From Cercozoa sp. M6MM (Eukaryota; Protista; Endomyxa: Ascetosporea), in the NCBI GenBank assembly GCA_040357565.1, contig JBDODJ010000010.1: a DNA stretch of 64,000 bases, one strand, 5' to 3'. Within the stretch, counting starts at the first letter, position 1. Every line of letters begins with the position of its first letter. Below, one piece after another: positions 28,101 to 42,222 of the stretch. The translations under genes were made by a program, and so were the position numbers. The notes below the pieces were generated by a model. It searched no databases. It saw only the letters and a program-made list of their open reading frames with translations, and was not told where the DNA came from.

Positions 28101-31100
28101 GCACTTAACCTCTCCAAAAGCAACCGGTCCAGCTCGATCAAGCTGATAGTGAGCATATTCACTTCCGTCACCAATCGCGTACGCTGCTCCTCAAGTTCGC
28201 CAGCGAGTTCGCCGATCACAAGTGACAGAATTTGGTCTTCAAGACCTTCTCTCGTCACCGAAAAGTCCACCACTGTGAAAGCAGCGAAAGTTTCGGCTGT
28301 GAAGGCCGGGTTGTCGAGCTTCGACACAAAGATCATCTTGAAGCCTTTTGTGCACTCAACAAACTCCGTGCCGAGTTGAACAAATGTACGACGACCCTTT
28401 TGGATCTTGTTCAGGTTCAACAGCAACGGGTCGATGTCGCTTTCGTCCTCCAAATCAACCAGCAATAAGAGACCTTCCGACAGGCAAAACTCCAGTTGAT
28501 CACGTAGTTTCGGGTTGGAGATGGTTGTGGTTCCAAACGCAGGGAAGTTGGCGGATTCACGTCGTCGCAGCCAGGTCATAGCTTGCGACTGTGGATCAAT
28601 GATAAGTGGAGGACGGTCGCTGTTTGTCACAAGAAGACCATTTTGAACGCTGAGTTCGTCCGTCGGAAGTCCTTGAGAGTTCCACTCCGCGGCAATCGAG
28701 TCGTCGACGCAAAACTTGGTGATTCTCAAGTCCAGTGAGTGCGGTATCTCCAGTTTCTTGCACTTCTTGATGAAGCTTTGTTGCACAAGCTGATCTCGGA
28801 ACGTGTAGTTAAACGGCCCACAGTAGCTGATGAAAGCGCAAGCCACCGCACAGTCGCCGATGAGCTTGCGTTTAGTGTCAGCGAAGCGTTTGGCGTCGTT
28901 TGTCCAGCGAATGCGCTCACCCTCAAGAGAAGCAATCAAGTTTTCGGCTGCTTTACTCTTCGCTGCGGTCGACTTAGCTGAGCTCTCAATCTCCGCCTTC
29001 TTTGCCATAGTTTGCTCAAACTCGTGTTGGAGGTCGTCGAGTGCCTTTTGCGCAGCGGCTGACTGACTTTGAGCCTTGGCCAGCTTCTTGTTGGCGATCG
29101 AAAGCTCTGCTTCTTTTTCCCGCAGCATGGCCAACTTCGGCGCAACAATCAAAGACGCCTTGTGGTATGAAAACATGGCCCTGCACCAGCGACACAAACC
29201 TTCGGCAGCACTCGACACATTCTTGGCAAACTCAGGTTCAAAGTCGGGCACGTCAAGGTAAGGCTCCAGCAGCTCCATAGTTTCTTCCGTGATGAAATCC
29301 TTTTTGTTCAGGCTGAAGTTCAACAAATCGGGCACGAAGGAAGGACTTGACATGAAGGGCAAAGCAAAGCGCTTGTAGGAATCCAAAATGAATTTTGCTT
29401 CCTCCTTCTTGACGGATATTGTCGCTTCTTCGACCTTTTCGAGAGGCTGCTGCATCAAAATCAGCACGCAGTCCATAATGCGCTTGATAAGATCTGGAGG
29501 CTTAGGCAGCTTTGCGATGACACCGATATCTGCTTTGTTTACGCTCTTTGCGGCCTCTGTCGCCGCTTCCATGAAGGGAAGTGCAGCCAGTAGTTCTGTG
29601 TTGGCGATTTCCTTTTGCTCTTCGATTTCCTGAGCTTGCCTCGTGCACTGCTCCTCGATCTCTGCTGCGCGATCCTTTTGCAGAGAAGCTTCCTTCGCGC
29701 CAACTTCAAGCTTCTCAAGAACCGCCGTAGTTTCCTTTTCGGCCTTTTGGAGCTCAATCTTCTGATCAGCAAGCACCAACTTCATGTTTTCAACATCGCG
29801 CGAAGCGTCTGAGAGTTTGCCGAGACCACGGCTGACAGAGACCTCCTGCTTCGCAATGCTGTGCAGTTTGTCTGTGTAGAACTGCTTAAATGTGCCCAGG
29901 AACGAGAGGAACGACTTTGGTGTCACGAAAGTGCGCTTCGACGTGATCACTTTGTACTTCTGGCAAGCAGCAACGACATCAAGATGGACTTGGGACATGA
30001 AGTGCACCAAGTTTTTGCGCTGTTCATCTGTACAATGCATAGCAAACGACTCGGCGCTGCCTATCCATCGTTCAGCCACCGCGTCGAGAGCGTCTTGTGG
30101 CCAGGGGAGGAACCAATCAATGGTACAGCAAGAAAAGAGAGCAGGGAACTTGCGCGCACGCTCACCGAACTTGGGGTCACCCGGAGAGAAGCACAAGACA
30201 ACGTGTAAGTTCGCACGAACGCGCTGGATGAAGTAACGGTAGATTGCGCGCGGAGAGTTGTCGCGATTTGGATCCTCTTTCATGGCGACGGGACGCAATT
30301 CAGCACAAATCAGATCACGTTCGTCTTTTGGAAAAAGACCGGCGACTTCGCCAGTGGACAAGAGCGCGTTGAGGTACTCGAGGAAGCTTTCGCTTACAAT
30401 GTCAGAATCCGAGAAGATGAAGGTAACTTTCTTGCCCTCTTTGCCCGCTTTAATACACAGGCTCTTCAGGTCCTCCAAAAAGTCAGCAGCTTTGTATGTA
30501 CGCGTTCGCTGGATACGGCACACTTCGTGTCTAGCAATGTATCCAGCAAGGCGCGTCAAACTCTGGCGACCTGAACCACCAACTCCAACAAGCATCGCAT
30601 TTCCTCGCGGAAGCGACAGGATTCGCGAGATGCGCATCAAATGCAAGATTGCATCTTCAAACAGAACCAAATTCATCGCCGTCAACTTTGGCTCATTGTT
30701 GTACTTCACGAGGAAGGAATCAATGCGTTCACGGAGTTTGTGCACTTCCGGTGCACCTTCGTAGATCTTTGGTGCCAACTCAACGACCTCATCCGTATCT
30801 TTGTCAATGATATCCTCGCGGAAGAAGTCGGCGTACAATCGTTTGTTCTCGAAGAAGGAATCCTCGACACCAAGGAACTCGCGTGCAACACTTTGTTGGC
30901 ACTCTGTGAACCACGCTTGGTCTGCATGACTGCTCAGTTTGTCATGAAAGGCGCGCTGGCTTTCATGCATCCAGAGAGTAAACAGATCGCTCCTTTCCTT
31001 TAAATCCTCGTTGTTCACAAAAAGAATGCCCTGGAACACTCGCGAGAGATCACGGAGGTTGAAGTAGTAGTGCACATTCGCCGGAGTCGGCAACATCTTT

Positions 31101-34100
31101 TTCTGAACGCGTTTCCAGAGTTCGATTGTTGCCGTGGTCAAATTTGAAACATTCTCCAACACAGCTTCGTTGGATGCGAATTGCCCTTGTAACATGACAC
31201 CGTAGATGTTGTCAATTGTGCCATGCGAGGGAGGAGTTTGGTTGAACGTGAAAAAGAGGCGTTTTAGGCGATTCTAAAAATGAAGTTTGGTCGGTGTACA
31301 ATTACTAAAAGCCATACTGTACCGGAATGTCGTTTCGACCTCCACCGGGATGGCACATTGCAGCGGCAAATCGTAAGTTCAGGATTTCCATCTTGTCACC
31401 GCGCCGCTCGTCCAGGAAGTAAAATCCCCTGTCGCAAGCACATAAGAGGCATAGCTAGAGAATAAACTTGTATTCACTTTTTACGAGTATGCTTTACAAA
31501 GAAGAGGGAACGTACTTAGTTGAGATGAGCTGGCGAACAATTTCAAGCGTAGGTTGATCGCCCCAAACGTTAACCTCAGGTTGTGAAAGATCGTCGAGAA
31601 AGCAAAGCATAATCTTGTTCGACGGAGGCGAGTAGGTTTTACCCTGTCGTTTTTCAATATCGGATTCGATCGACACCTGGAACATCTTTTGTGTTGTTGC
31701 AGAAGAGAACTGGATCTCCTTCAAAACGACGTTCGAGTCCGGTGACTTGAGCATGCGGTTTCCGAACTGTGAGACAATACTCGACTTGCCTGTGCCCACC
31801 GAACCGATTAAAAGAGTCGGTGTTTCGACGTTGAGGAGTGCCTTGAATATGAGTTGTGCTTTCTCTGAGTCACACGTGGGAATGAGGCAACTCGCGAACT
31901 CAAAGTTCGCTGGGAACTCCCAGTTTGGTGCCTCCCAGCGGTGCCACGTAAAGTCTCGCTCTGGATCAACGAAGAAGTCGTACAGTGTCTCTTCTTCCGA
32001 CATCTCTGGCAGGTCTGACGCAGTTTTCTTTAAAAATTCGCTGAATTTAGCTTGTGACTCGTGTTCGAACAAACCACCGATCGACCACAGCACGCTCCAC
32101 AAGAAAAGCGAGCGAATCTTGGTTTTTGCTGATGTGTCAAGTGCGTGCTTTTTGATGATGCCTTCGAACAGCGTGAAGAGATTTTTGATGAGGTGTGCGT
32201 CAGTAACTTGCATTACTGCGTCACAAGATCGTCGTACAAAGGCAAGCATGCCCGTGTCTTCTACAATTTCTTTGTACAACTTGAGCACAGCTTCTCCAAA
32301 CTTCTTGCTTCGAGCCGCGCACCAAGCTTCCGCAAGTGGGCGATATCCAAGATCCTCTTCTGACACAAACACAATGCCTGCTCGAGACACCGTGGCTGGA
32401 CTTGCGTTGCGAAGATCCTCTGCCTCGAACAGAATACGTACGTTTGAAGTCATCGGAACGCGATCACCGTTTGCCAACGTGAGGAGCTTGTTGTCATCAA
32501 GCACTGTGTTTAGGTTTTCAATCCAGACGGCGTCGACAGGCTAAAAATACAGGATACGCACCAATTGATTAAAGAAAATGTAGAAAAACCTAAATTTATT
32601 GGTACCCCGTCACAAACAATCCATGTGTTGTGTGTCTTGCGAGAGTCATTGTAGCGAGACCAGATGACCGAAAACACACCATCACGCCATTCACCAGACA
32701 CTTCGTCATTCTCGCCAAACATTTCTTCTGCTCGAATAGCCTTGGGGAACATGCGTACTTCCACGTGCTTGACTGAGCACTCTGACAAAGCACCCAGCAG
32801 ACAGTTCACGGCGGTCGTCTTGCCTGTACCTGTGGGCCCAATCATCATGAGGCCGTGCCGCACCAAGCTTGTCTGGTGCAACTGAATTATTTTGTCCATC
32901 CAGTCTTGGTGGGCAACGAGACCGTCTGCTTGGATTTTCTTGACCAACGCCTGCTCGATAACCTCGTTCGTTGCCTTTGCAGGGTTGCGCTGTGTCGGAA
33001 ACAAGTCGGCCAGCAAAGACAAGAACAATGGCACGTCGTCGGCGACGAGTTTAGACAAATTCATATCACGGAGTGTTCGATACAGCAAGCTTGCCTCTAG
33101 GTTGCTTCGTGACATCGTGGAGAGTGCAAGTTCATCGCGCAGACTCGCACCTGCAGTACGAAGAACGGATAAGATGTTGCGTAGACCAAAGTCGTAGTGG
33201 CGTTGCTTCGACAGCTGCTCTTCGCACAATCCGTACAAGATCTTGAATTTTTGCGCCAACAGTGCGAACGTCGAGAAGCCTTGGGAAGCCAACTTGACTC
33301 GCATAATAATTTCGCGATCAGGCACCATCATAGCGACGTCGCGGAAGAGGGCTTTCAGGTTCTCAGGAAGCTCAGTACGGCCAGCGTATCCTGGATTCAT
33401 TGTAATGAAGAAGCCACAGTTGTCGTTGCACATAACAGGAGCATCTGTGCCCGGGAACACGAAGTGTTCTTCACGTGCGCGCATCGCTGTGAGGATTGAA
33501 CCCAACTGAGTTGCGACAACAGACAGTACTTCAACAGGAATTCGGTTGAACTCGTCAAAGCAGCCCCAGCTGCCGCTGCAACAAAGCCCCTTGAATATCT
33601 TTGCAGTGTCACCATGCCGCATTTGATCCGAGCAGTTGAACACGACAACGTATTTTCCCAGCGCGCGACCCAGATCTTTTACAGTTTCTGTCTTACCCGT
33701 TCCGGCAGGGCCTGCAAAAACCAACTATTGGTAGGGAGCAGCTTATTGAAATTTATATATCCGATTTATACCTGCTGGAGCGCCTCCAAAGTACATTCCG
33801 AGGGCTTGTGTCAGACTGATGTAGCATCTGTCTGTGAGTGGAGTAATCACCAGCCGCTCTTTGCAACCGAGAAACTCGTAGCAGTAGGGAAATTCATTGT
33901 CTGCGACGTTGACGAAGCAATGCTGACGTTCTTCGTCCCAATAGACACGCAATTGCTTCTGCCACTCGAAGTCTGCCGCACCCGACACCTTTTTTTCCTT
34001 GTACAACTGACACAGTTCAGCAAGTACGTCGCGATTGTGGACCTGAATAGTCACCATCGTCTCGATCTTTGTGCGCACAAGTTTGGTTGGGATCGTTGTC

Positions 34101-37100
34101 GTCGTCATTTCGCTCAGAGCCGACAAGACGGCGCTTTGATTGTCCATAGCGCGAGTCAGTGCTGTCTTGTCTTGTGAACACTCTTTTAAAGCACGTGTGA
34201 TCTCCTCTGTCCACAGAAGCTGCAGGCCAAGCAGGCTGCACTGTGCAGAGTGACGATTGGTGAATTCTTCCACGTCCATATTGCTTTCCGCCTCGTTCGA
34301 TGCATTAAACACAAGACGGCGCATTGTGCGTCGCATCTCTCGTTCTAGGACATTGAGCCAATCCTCAATGTTGCCCGTCGCTGACACTTTGCGCGTCAGT
34401 GGAATAATTTCAGCGTCAACTGCTCCGCCGTAGCCAGACAATTCCGTCCAGAACTTGGTTATTTCGTCGCCTTCGATTGTGACCTTGGTAATAGCGTCAA
34501 AGACCTTCGAAAAACAGCTGTTCACAGCGCTGAGGTCACTTGACGAACTCAAAATTTGCAGAAGGGCTGAATCTAAACGAACCAGGAGTTTAAACGGACA
34601 TCTGAAGGCATAAACAGCTCAAAGAGTGGCTTACTTGAGACAAAGTAGAAGCGAGGGAATATGTCTCGCTTCTTCTCCAGATAACCCTCAAGTGATCGCT
34701 GGCACTGTTCGAAATCAGACATCATGGATGACAGTGCCGAAGTGACGTATTCGTCGCTTGTCACAGCTACAACTGTTTTCAGCTCCTTGGCCTTCGCCAT
34801 GAGCTTACTCACCCATTCTTTGTCGGATTTTTGGAACACTCGAGTGTCTTGCGGAAGCTGACGTGCAATGTCACCGGCAGTAAAGACAGGCTCAAGAGCC
34901 ATCCATAGCATTTGAATTCGAACAAGCATTTCGATCACATCGTTGGCGTCTGAGCACCGTTGCAGCCACTCGGTCGCCCGAGAGTGGAACGGAGCGATGT
35001 GCTTCATCGACAGCATTTGAACTAGCGATGCTTGTGCATCCTCCAAGCCTTCAGTGACCTCAGTGACGACTCCGCCCGACAAGATGACTTCACCACGAGT
35101 CTTGAAGTTTGTGAACTCGAGCTCTTTCGCAGTCCAAATTTCTTCAATTTCATCCAAACGTCGCTCAATTTGCAATTGCTTGTCGGCGCTATCAAGAATC
35201 TCTTCGACACTCTCACTCTGCTCTGCAAAGTCGGAGTCCAGAAGAGCTTTCAAACGGAGCTCGGCCAAGTCCTCTGGGCTTTTGACGACAAGAGAACACA
35301 CTCCGCATATGCTTTCCCAGTGTCGGAAGCGCACGCTCTCTTTCGACAACTCTGCAATTAGCGGCAACATGTCCTCGAAGCGCTTGATGATATTGCGCAA
35401 CTCCTCAAACTGAGGCCAGCTTTTGATCTCTTTGTTGAGACGACGGCACCGCAACGAATATTCTTCAGTTGCCGTCTTCATCTCGTCGATTGAGCCAATG
35501 ACGTCCATCCATTGCACGTCCTCAAATTCACCGAAGCGAGAAAGTACATCTTCGTATACGCCATAGAACAAACCCAGGTTTTTCAGATCATGCGCCATGC
35601 TGTCAAGCTCTGGATATTGTGTTTGTTCGAAACCAAACAATCGTTCGCCTTCGCTGTAGAGATCGGCGTTACGCTCAATGCTGTCGTAAAGTTGTTGGCA
35701 CTTTTTGAAGCGATTTATCGCTTCTTTGACTGGAATACCCAGCTCAAGTGGGCCTGTCTTCTCAAAGTCTGCGCGGAAGTTGCGCACAGTGGCCGAAAAC
35801 GAACGCATTTTCTCCTTTAAGTCTAGGCTCATGGGCAGTTGTAGCGCAGCGGCATGCTCTCGCGTGTCGATACTCAAGTTCTCAACTTCCGCCCAAAGGT
35901 CAACTGCGACGCTAAGGAGGTCATCCGGCACTTTGCCTTCAAAATCTTGACCTTCAAGAATGGAGAGCTGCTTTTGGTACTCGCTGAACTCCTCATCAAA
36001 TGTCACGGCAGCCTCACGGACGTCTGCAAGAGTCTTCATGACACCGTTCAACGCAGACAGATCCCCGATTTCGACGTTGAGGCCGGATCGCCACTCCTCC
36101 AAGCGTTTAATCTTGTCGGCGACTCGAAGGCGGAGGCCATCGTTGAGCGATGCGCAAATCCAACTCTTCCACCGAGTCAACTGTGAACGAATATTGCTAA
36201 TGAAAGAGTCGGTTTTGTAGTTGGGCTGCGCCTTGTGGATGATTGACTGCACTGCTTCAAACGTTCCATCGAGACGAGCCAGAGATTCAACGAACTTGTG
36301 TGTTGTCGTCTCTTTTGAACAAAGAGAGCGTGAGTCCGGCTCTTCGAACAACCAAGCGAAATCCTCGTAGATCGTGAGCTGAGATTCGAGCGTTTTCAGT
36401 TCACGCTTCGTCGATTCGGAGATACTCAAAGCAGTTGCGAGCACAGAGCGGCCGCTGAAAGCAAACTCGGACAGCAACGAACCGACACCTGGGGCAATCA
36501 CTGTCTGCCAATCGCCGTCAAGCTGCCTCAGAGAAGAAAACAGGTCTTTTAGCGCATTTGTTATGCATGCTGCGATTTTGGAACTGTCTGGCGAGAAGAC
36601 AACTCGCTTACTTTTGACGGACAGCTCAAAATGGAAGACCAAATCAATTCCACTGCCAAGGTGCTTCTCCAAGGATCGCAAAGACTGAGTCACGGAACTT
36701 CTCGTGGCGGTGGCAATCATCCCTGAGTAATAGCGCTGCAGGACTTTTGCGTGGTGATCAAAGTCGGCCGTGCGTTCGGATGCCGAGGCCTCTTGTTTGG
36801 ACACCGACAACTTGGCAAGGTCCTCACATGCACCTGCGAAACGTCGAACAAATGTATGAGGATCAGACTCTAAAAACGAAACAAATTTACCAGCAATGTC
36901 GCGCATCGCTTCGCTAATTTGCTCGATCACACTGTCACGCGCCTGCTGTTGCGTAAGCGTGAACGAAGCCGGTGAGAAGCGAGTGTTGACAGGAAGCGAC
37001 ACGAAACGGGCAGAGGCAATTGAACGCAAGGAATGACGAATACGACTTTGAATGATGCGGTTGATAGCGGCCGTTGTTTCGATCAGTTCGTTCAAGAGGA

Positions 37101-39408
37101 TCTGCACTGTGTGGGTAAAAGGTTCAGCCGAAACTGACGCCCAATTGAGACTCACGAAGCCGCGGACCATCGCTCGATGCAAGCCTTGTACACGGGTTTC
37201 GAGAATTTCACGGAGGACAGGGGACGCCAGTTCGCGCAAAAGCTGCCTGTATTGATGAACGATGGTCTCAAGAACGGATTCGACATTGAAGATGCGATCG
37301 CTCAAAAGTAGAAGAGTCGACGCATTTTGGGAAAGCGTAAAACCCATTGCTCGCAAGTGCTTGGCTTCTTTCAGAACATTGCGAACTCGAGCATCAAAGT
37401 TGACTTCGAGAGCTTTCGTCTTTGAGTTTAGACGCAGCAGTTTCGCTTGCAATCCGCTTTTTAAAGCCACTGTTGCAGATTTTTCCCATGCTTGCACCCA
37501 TACGCTGACGTACTCGACTAGCACGCGAACGAGAGTGTTGTGAAGGTTGATCACGCTTTGACTCGAACGATGCGAAAACACGGCTGGAATTTGTCGAAAT
37601 GCCACCATGGGGGTTGCAACCCGATGAAGCAACTTTCGAGACCACGCAACGTTGGAGGACACTACCAGAATGGAATGTAGTTTTTTCAACGGGGAAACGT
37701 CGATGCACAAACAGTTTTTACCTTGAGGGAAGTAACGAAGTCGCGGCGGCGATGCCTTGTTCTTCTCGTACTCGTCACGGATGCTCAACAAATCTTTGTG
37801 GTACAATTCAAAAATGCCCGAAAGCTTGGTGTCGAGGTGCTGCTGGATACTGGCTGGAACAGTAGCACGCAAAGTTGCGAACAGTTCAAGCGCGACCATG
37901 ACGTAGGTGCGAGAAAAGGCTTGATCGATCGACTCTATCAGCATGTGCTCGAGCTTCGACAGCTGCAAACTAAGACCAATGAACTCTTGCTCAAAGACTG
38001 CCCCGTTGCCGATCTCAAAAAGGTCACGACGTTGATCGCTACCAAGAAGGCTATCACGAAGCGAAGAGAAACCGGCACGGAATTCCTTGAACTCGGGTCC
38101 TGGACACTGCTCTTGCACCAACGTGAAGTGCCACACCGCGTTAAAAACGGTATCAATCTTCGAAAAACGAAAACGACACGCGGTCAGCAGCTGACACGCA
38201 GCGATCGCGTTTTTGGAGTCTCTTCCATTCTTGTTCACAAACTGAAGAACTGTGTTGAGGATCTCAGCTCCTTTGTGCAGCGCCTCGCAGGTCGACTTGG
38301 GGTCTGCAGCCCACGTCAAATTCTGCGCATCTCCCATCTGACGAATGCGTTGACAGACGATGTGAACGATAAACTGCGAGACGCGACCACAAAGATCAAC
38401 CGAACTGGATCCGCGCGACAGCTTCATCGCCATTCGAATCGACGATAGCAGCGAACTTAAGTGCTCCAACACAAAATCAAGTGGCTTTGAGGCAAGAACA
38501 GAGAAAAACTGCTTGTGAAGCATTGTCAAGATTGATTCAACGTTCTGCGCTTCTCTAAAGGTGTCAGATATCTCGGTGCTAATACGACGAAGCCTGTCAA
38601 GGTGTCCACGTGCGCACTTAGCTCCGAGAGGCCCTTCAAGAACTTCTTTGTGGACAAAGTGCTCCAAGAAACTGAGTGTGCACACACGTTGACGCCAATA
38701 GGCAAGTTCTTCATCAAACGTGTCGATGCCAGACTTGTCGACGCTCGAAATCCGGTTCACAAAAGTCTCAAACTCTGCTAGGGACTTCACGTCTCCCTGA
38801 AGGTTCAGATGCTTCGTCACCGACTCCATCACGTTTGTTGCAACGGTTTCTCGATCAAAGCGCGCGCGAATCCCCTCCAGCGCTGCGTTTTCGCCCTCAC
38901 CTACAAGTGCCGAGAGCATGGAAGCGCGAAGTTGGCGATTCTTGAGCGAATATTCTAGTTGTAGACACGTCTCTGCGTTAACATCGGACTCGTTGTTGAG
39001 TCGAAGGAGCTCAAGCACGCTGATATCTCCTGCCTCAAACAGGGGCACGAGTCCATTCACGAACTCAACCGCTTTGGCTTTCGATGGGAGGTACACGCTC
39101 AGAGATAACTCGCTTCCTTCAATGAACTTTCGAACAGCACTTGACTCAGCGAGACCGGAGATGTGCCGTTCGGGAAACGCAGCAGCGATTTCCGCTTCAA
39201 CCCACTCCATCAGAAGACGATAAAGTCTGCAACTTGCTTCGCTTGAGCGAGTCAAATGACAGCAACACTGTTTCCGTAGGCTTAACGCGTCAGAAGAGAG
39301 TTGAAATATCTGCAACTGGAAATTTTCTGCTTCCACGCGGACTGCGGAGAAACTGAAAGAAAAATGCCATAAATTACCTGTTCCTGTGTAAAATACACCT
39401 GAAGCCAT
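25104..39408 (-). CDS. Axonemal dynein heavy chain, outer-arm gamma type (DNAH5/DNAH8-like); start at 39408 or 39210
   Basis: [24 protein letters not shown]1 GPAGTGKT + [13 protein letters not shown] + [12 protein letters not shown]2 [11 protein letters not shown]3 [11 protein letters not shown]4 GVGGSGRQ, stalk/[50 protein letters not shown]. About 11 short introns. Confidence 0.96.
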
Positions 39409-39461
39409 CCTCGTCGTCCTGTACACTGGCAGCAGCGATCTGACGATCCTACTTCAAAGAA

Positions 39462-40374
39462 ATGGTCCGTCTGACTCTAGATATGCTCCAGAAACGAGCA
39501 GAGCACAATGAAGGCGTACTGTCGACACTGCAAGAGGTTCAGACATTGAATTTAATCCTTCGTTCCGCTTTTTCAAAAGTTCATTTTGCTTCCGAAACAG
39601 GTGAGTCTGCACCAAGAGAATATTGAGCGCATCGAGCTCATTGACCGAGTTTGCCCGGACCTACGAACGGTCTTGCTCCAGAGCAACCTCATTGGTCGTA
39701 TCGAGAACTTGAACAGACTCAAGAGACTTGAGGTGTTGAATCTTGCAATCAACAATATCGAGCGAATTGAAGGCTTGCATCGGTGCGAAAAACTCAGAAA
39801 GCTTGATTTGCTTCTCAACTTTGTTGACATTGATGCGCTCGAGGAGGTAAATTTAATTTAAACTTATGCTCAAATTTAATGTTTGCTCGTTCGTGCCGTG
39901 CTCCTGTGTAACTGGTGTGCGTTGGTGTAGTCTCTCGCGCACTTGAAACAATTGGAGTTCTTGCGCCAACTGTCATTGCAAGGCAACCCATGCGCTACCT
40001 TTCCGTGCTATCGTGGTTCAGTGATACTCCTTCTCCCTCTACTGGAAGAACTTGACGGTAAACCAGTGACTCGAACCGAAAGAATCAATGCTACAAGGGA
40101 GAGAGACGAGGTGCTGCGATGTTTGCGAACTTGCGCTGCCAAGCGATCAAAAGAGCGAGAGGTAAATTCAACTTATTGATGTTCACTCCTCTGAAACAAC
40201 CCATGTGTGTACCGGACATAGTCCACGCAAGAAGAAATTGACTTAACGAAGCACTCACCGGAAGCACGACTCCATTCGTACCACGAGCAGTGTCGTCGAG
40301 AAAAAGAGCAACAGGAGCAAAAACGAGCGCGAAATAGGGTACTACTAGTTCAAATATACTTAAAGTGTAAACCG

Positions 40375-40423
<49 letters not shown>

Positions 40424-40523
40424 NNNNNNNNNNNNNNNNNNNNNNNNNNNNNNNNNNNNNNNNNNNNNNNNNNNNNNNNNNNNNNNNNNNNNNNNNNNNN
40501 NNNNNNNNNNNNNNNNNNNNNNN

Positions 40524-40584
<61 letters not shown>

Positions 40585-41280
40585 GCGCGCGCCGGAAGTG
40601 TATTGTGCAGAACTTCGAACAACCTGGCAACGCAATAATGAAAACAAAGTTGAAGCTGGCCGAGATGGTCGATGTTGACTCCTTGGACGAAGACGTACTT
40701 CCCAGCCAAAGAAACACCGGTCGCTACAAGTTCTCAATTGAAGTGGTGCTAATCAACTGCGCGAAATTGCTATCAAATATGCCTGTAGTTTAGTTGTGCG
40801 TAGGATAAGCAAAACGAACAAGTTTGCGTGATAATTGACGTTCCACGATTTATGGCATCCGAAGACATCAAAGTGCAAGTGCAGACTCGCTGGTTCCAGT
40901 TGCAGTTCATGCAACGCACGTCCCTCTTACTACACATTCCTGATGGATTGGAAGTTGCTGTATCTAAGGCGGAAGCACGTCGCATTCAAGGTATTCAGCG
41001 AATTAAATCAACTGAAGTCTAACAGAACTATGCTCTCACTGTTGTTGGGCTTTGCGCAGCCACGGGAGCAATGGAACTGTGCTTACCCATCAGCAATTTC
41101 GAAAGTATAAAGAAACAACAAGAAACAGAAGGAATTCATGTCGACGAAAAGGTACTTGCGCGTCCATCCCACATTGGAAAACGCCGGCGTAGCGACAGAT
41201 ACCGAGAGGAGCTAAGTTTAGTGCGGTCTGACAATGATGGGCTCTCGGACAGCCTTCCTCCTCTCGAAGGTTGCTATTAA
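39462..41280 (+). CDS. DNAAF11: Dynein axonemal assembly factor 11 (LRRC6/tilB/seahorse); contains an assembly gap
   Basis: MVRLTLDMLQKRAEHNEGVLSTLQE|VSLHQENIERIELIDRVCPDLRTVLLQSNLIGRIENLNRLKRLEVLNLAINNIERIEGLHRCEKLRKLDLLLNF. LRRcap LQGNPC..YR....LEELDG. C-terminal CS-like IDVPRFMASEDIKVQVQ. Confidence 0.93.
40379..40581. repeat. (CA)n microsatellite spanning a 100-N assembly gap (40424-40523)
   Basis: Direct reading. Confidence 0.95.
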
Positions 41281-42222
41281 CGGAGCCCACGATCTAGTTC
41301 AGTAGACATTAAATCTACTCTCGTGAGCGCATTCAACTTTTACGGACATCGAAACATGCCTGGCAGTCTGCCCTGTCCATTTTATCTCAGGCAATATACT
41401 GCGCCGAATTTCGCTGATAATATGCGTGGGCGTACGCACGCATCCGCTAGTTAAAGGATTTTAGCTGCTGTAATTTTCTTCCCTTCGAAATTTGCCTTAA
41501 ACTGTCATTTTTGATGCAAACATACAGGAAATTAGACTTTTCTTGTATACTTCAGAGTTCGACACTAAATTTGGAGGCATAAGGCGATCCGGCACTAATG
41601 TAACCTAAGCGGCGAGAATCTCAGGTCAATAGCAATAGTTTAGAAGGTGAATGGACAGGTCGGAACGTTTCGAAGAAGCGTACTACGGTAGTGCTGGCTT
41701 GCATACATGTACAGCGGCGAGAATCTCAGTGCCAGTGCGAGTATGTGGTACACGCACGTATATGTACTTGAATACATACATATCTACAGTAAATTTATAT
41801 ATATTAATATATATATAAAATATATTAATATACACCGTATCGACATAGATATACGGCGTTAATGCAATTGAATAACGGCTTTCCGACGTGAGCCTGCACG
41901 CGGAGCTTGCCGAATCTTCTGTCAGCGCCTGCGCCCAAGGTTTCCCATGTCCCGTAGGGCGATTGTGTCGCATGAAGAGAGGTATTAGACGCCCGCGGAA
42001 GCGCGAGACCAAGCCATCTCTCGGAATGATGACTCCCACGCCTCCGCTTTCTAGACACCGATGAAACTGCACCGATACTTCATCGTGTTGTATCGCATGT
42101 ATCGTATATATCGTACTGTCGGATGTATGCCATGCGATGCAGTGTTAGCTGGGATCGCACGGCCGCATCGACGCAAACCGAAAGAATGGACGCGAACAGC
42201 GCAAACGATACCGCATCTTGCA

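Noticed and set aside
25073-39356. Many long plus-strand ORFs
   Set aside because: They are antisense shadows of the dynein coding sequence.
39211-39426. N-terminal extension of the 1617-aa ORF taken as certain coding sequence
   Set aside because: It contains an intron-like GT..AG segment. The true start could be 39408 or 39210 and is unresolved.
41609-41729. 16-bp direct repeat GCGGCGAGAATCTCAG about 104 bp apart
   Set aside because: Only two copies and no element structure between them, so it is probably a local duplication.
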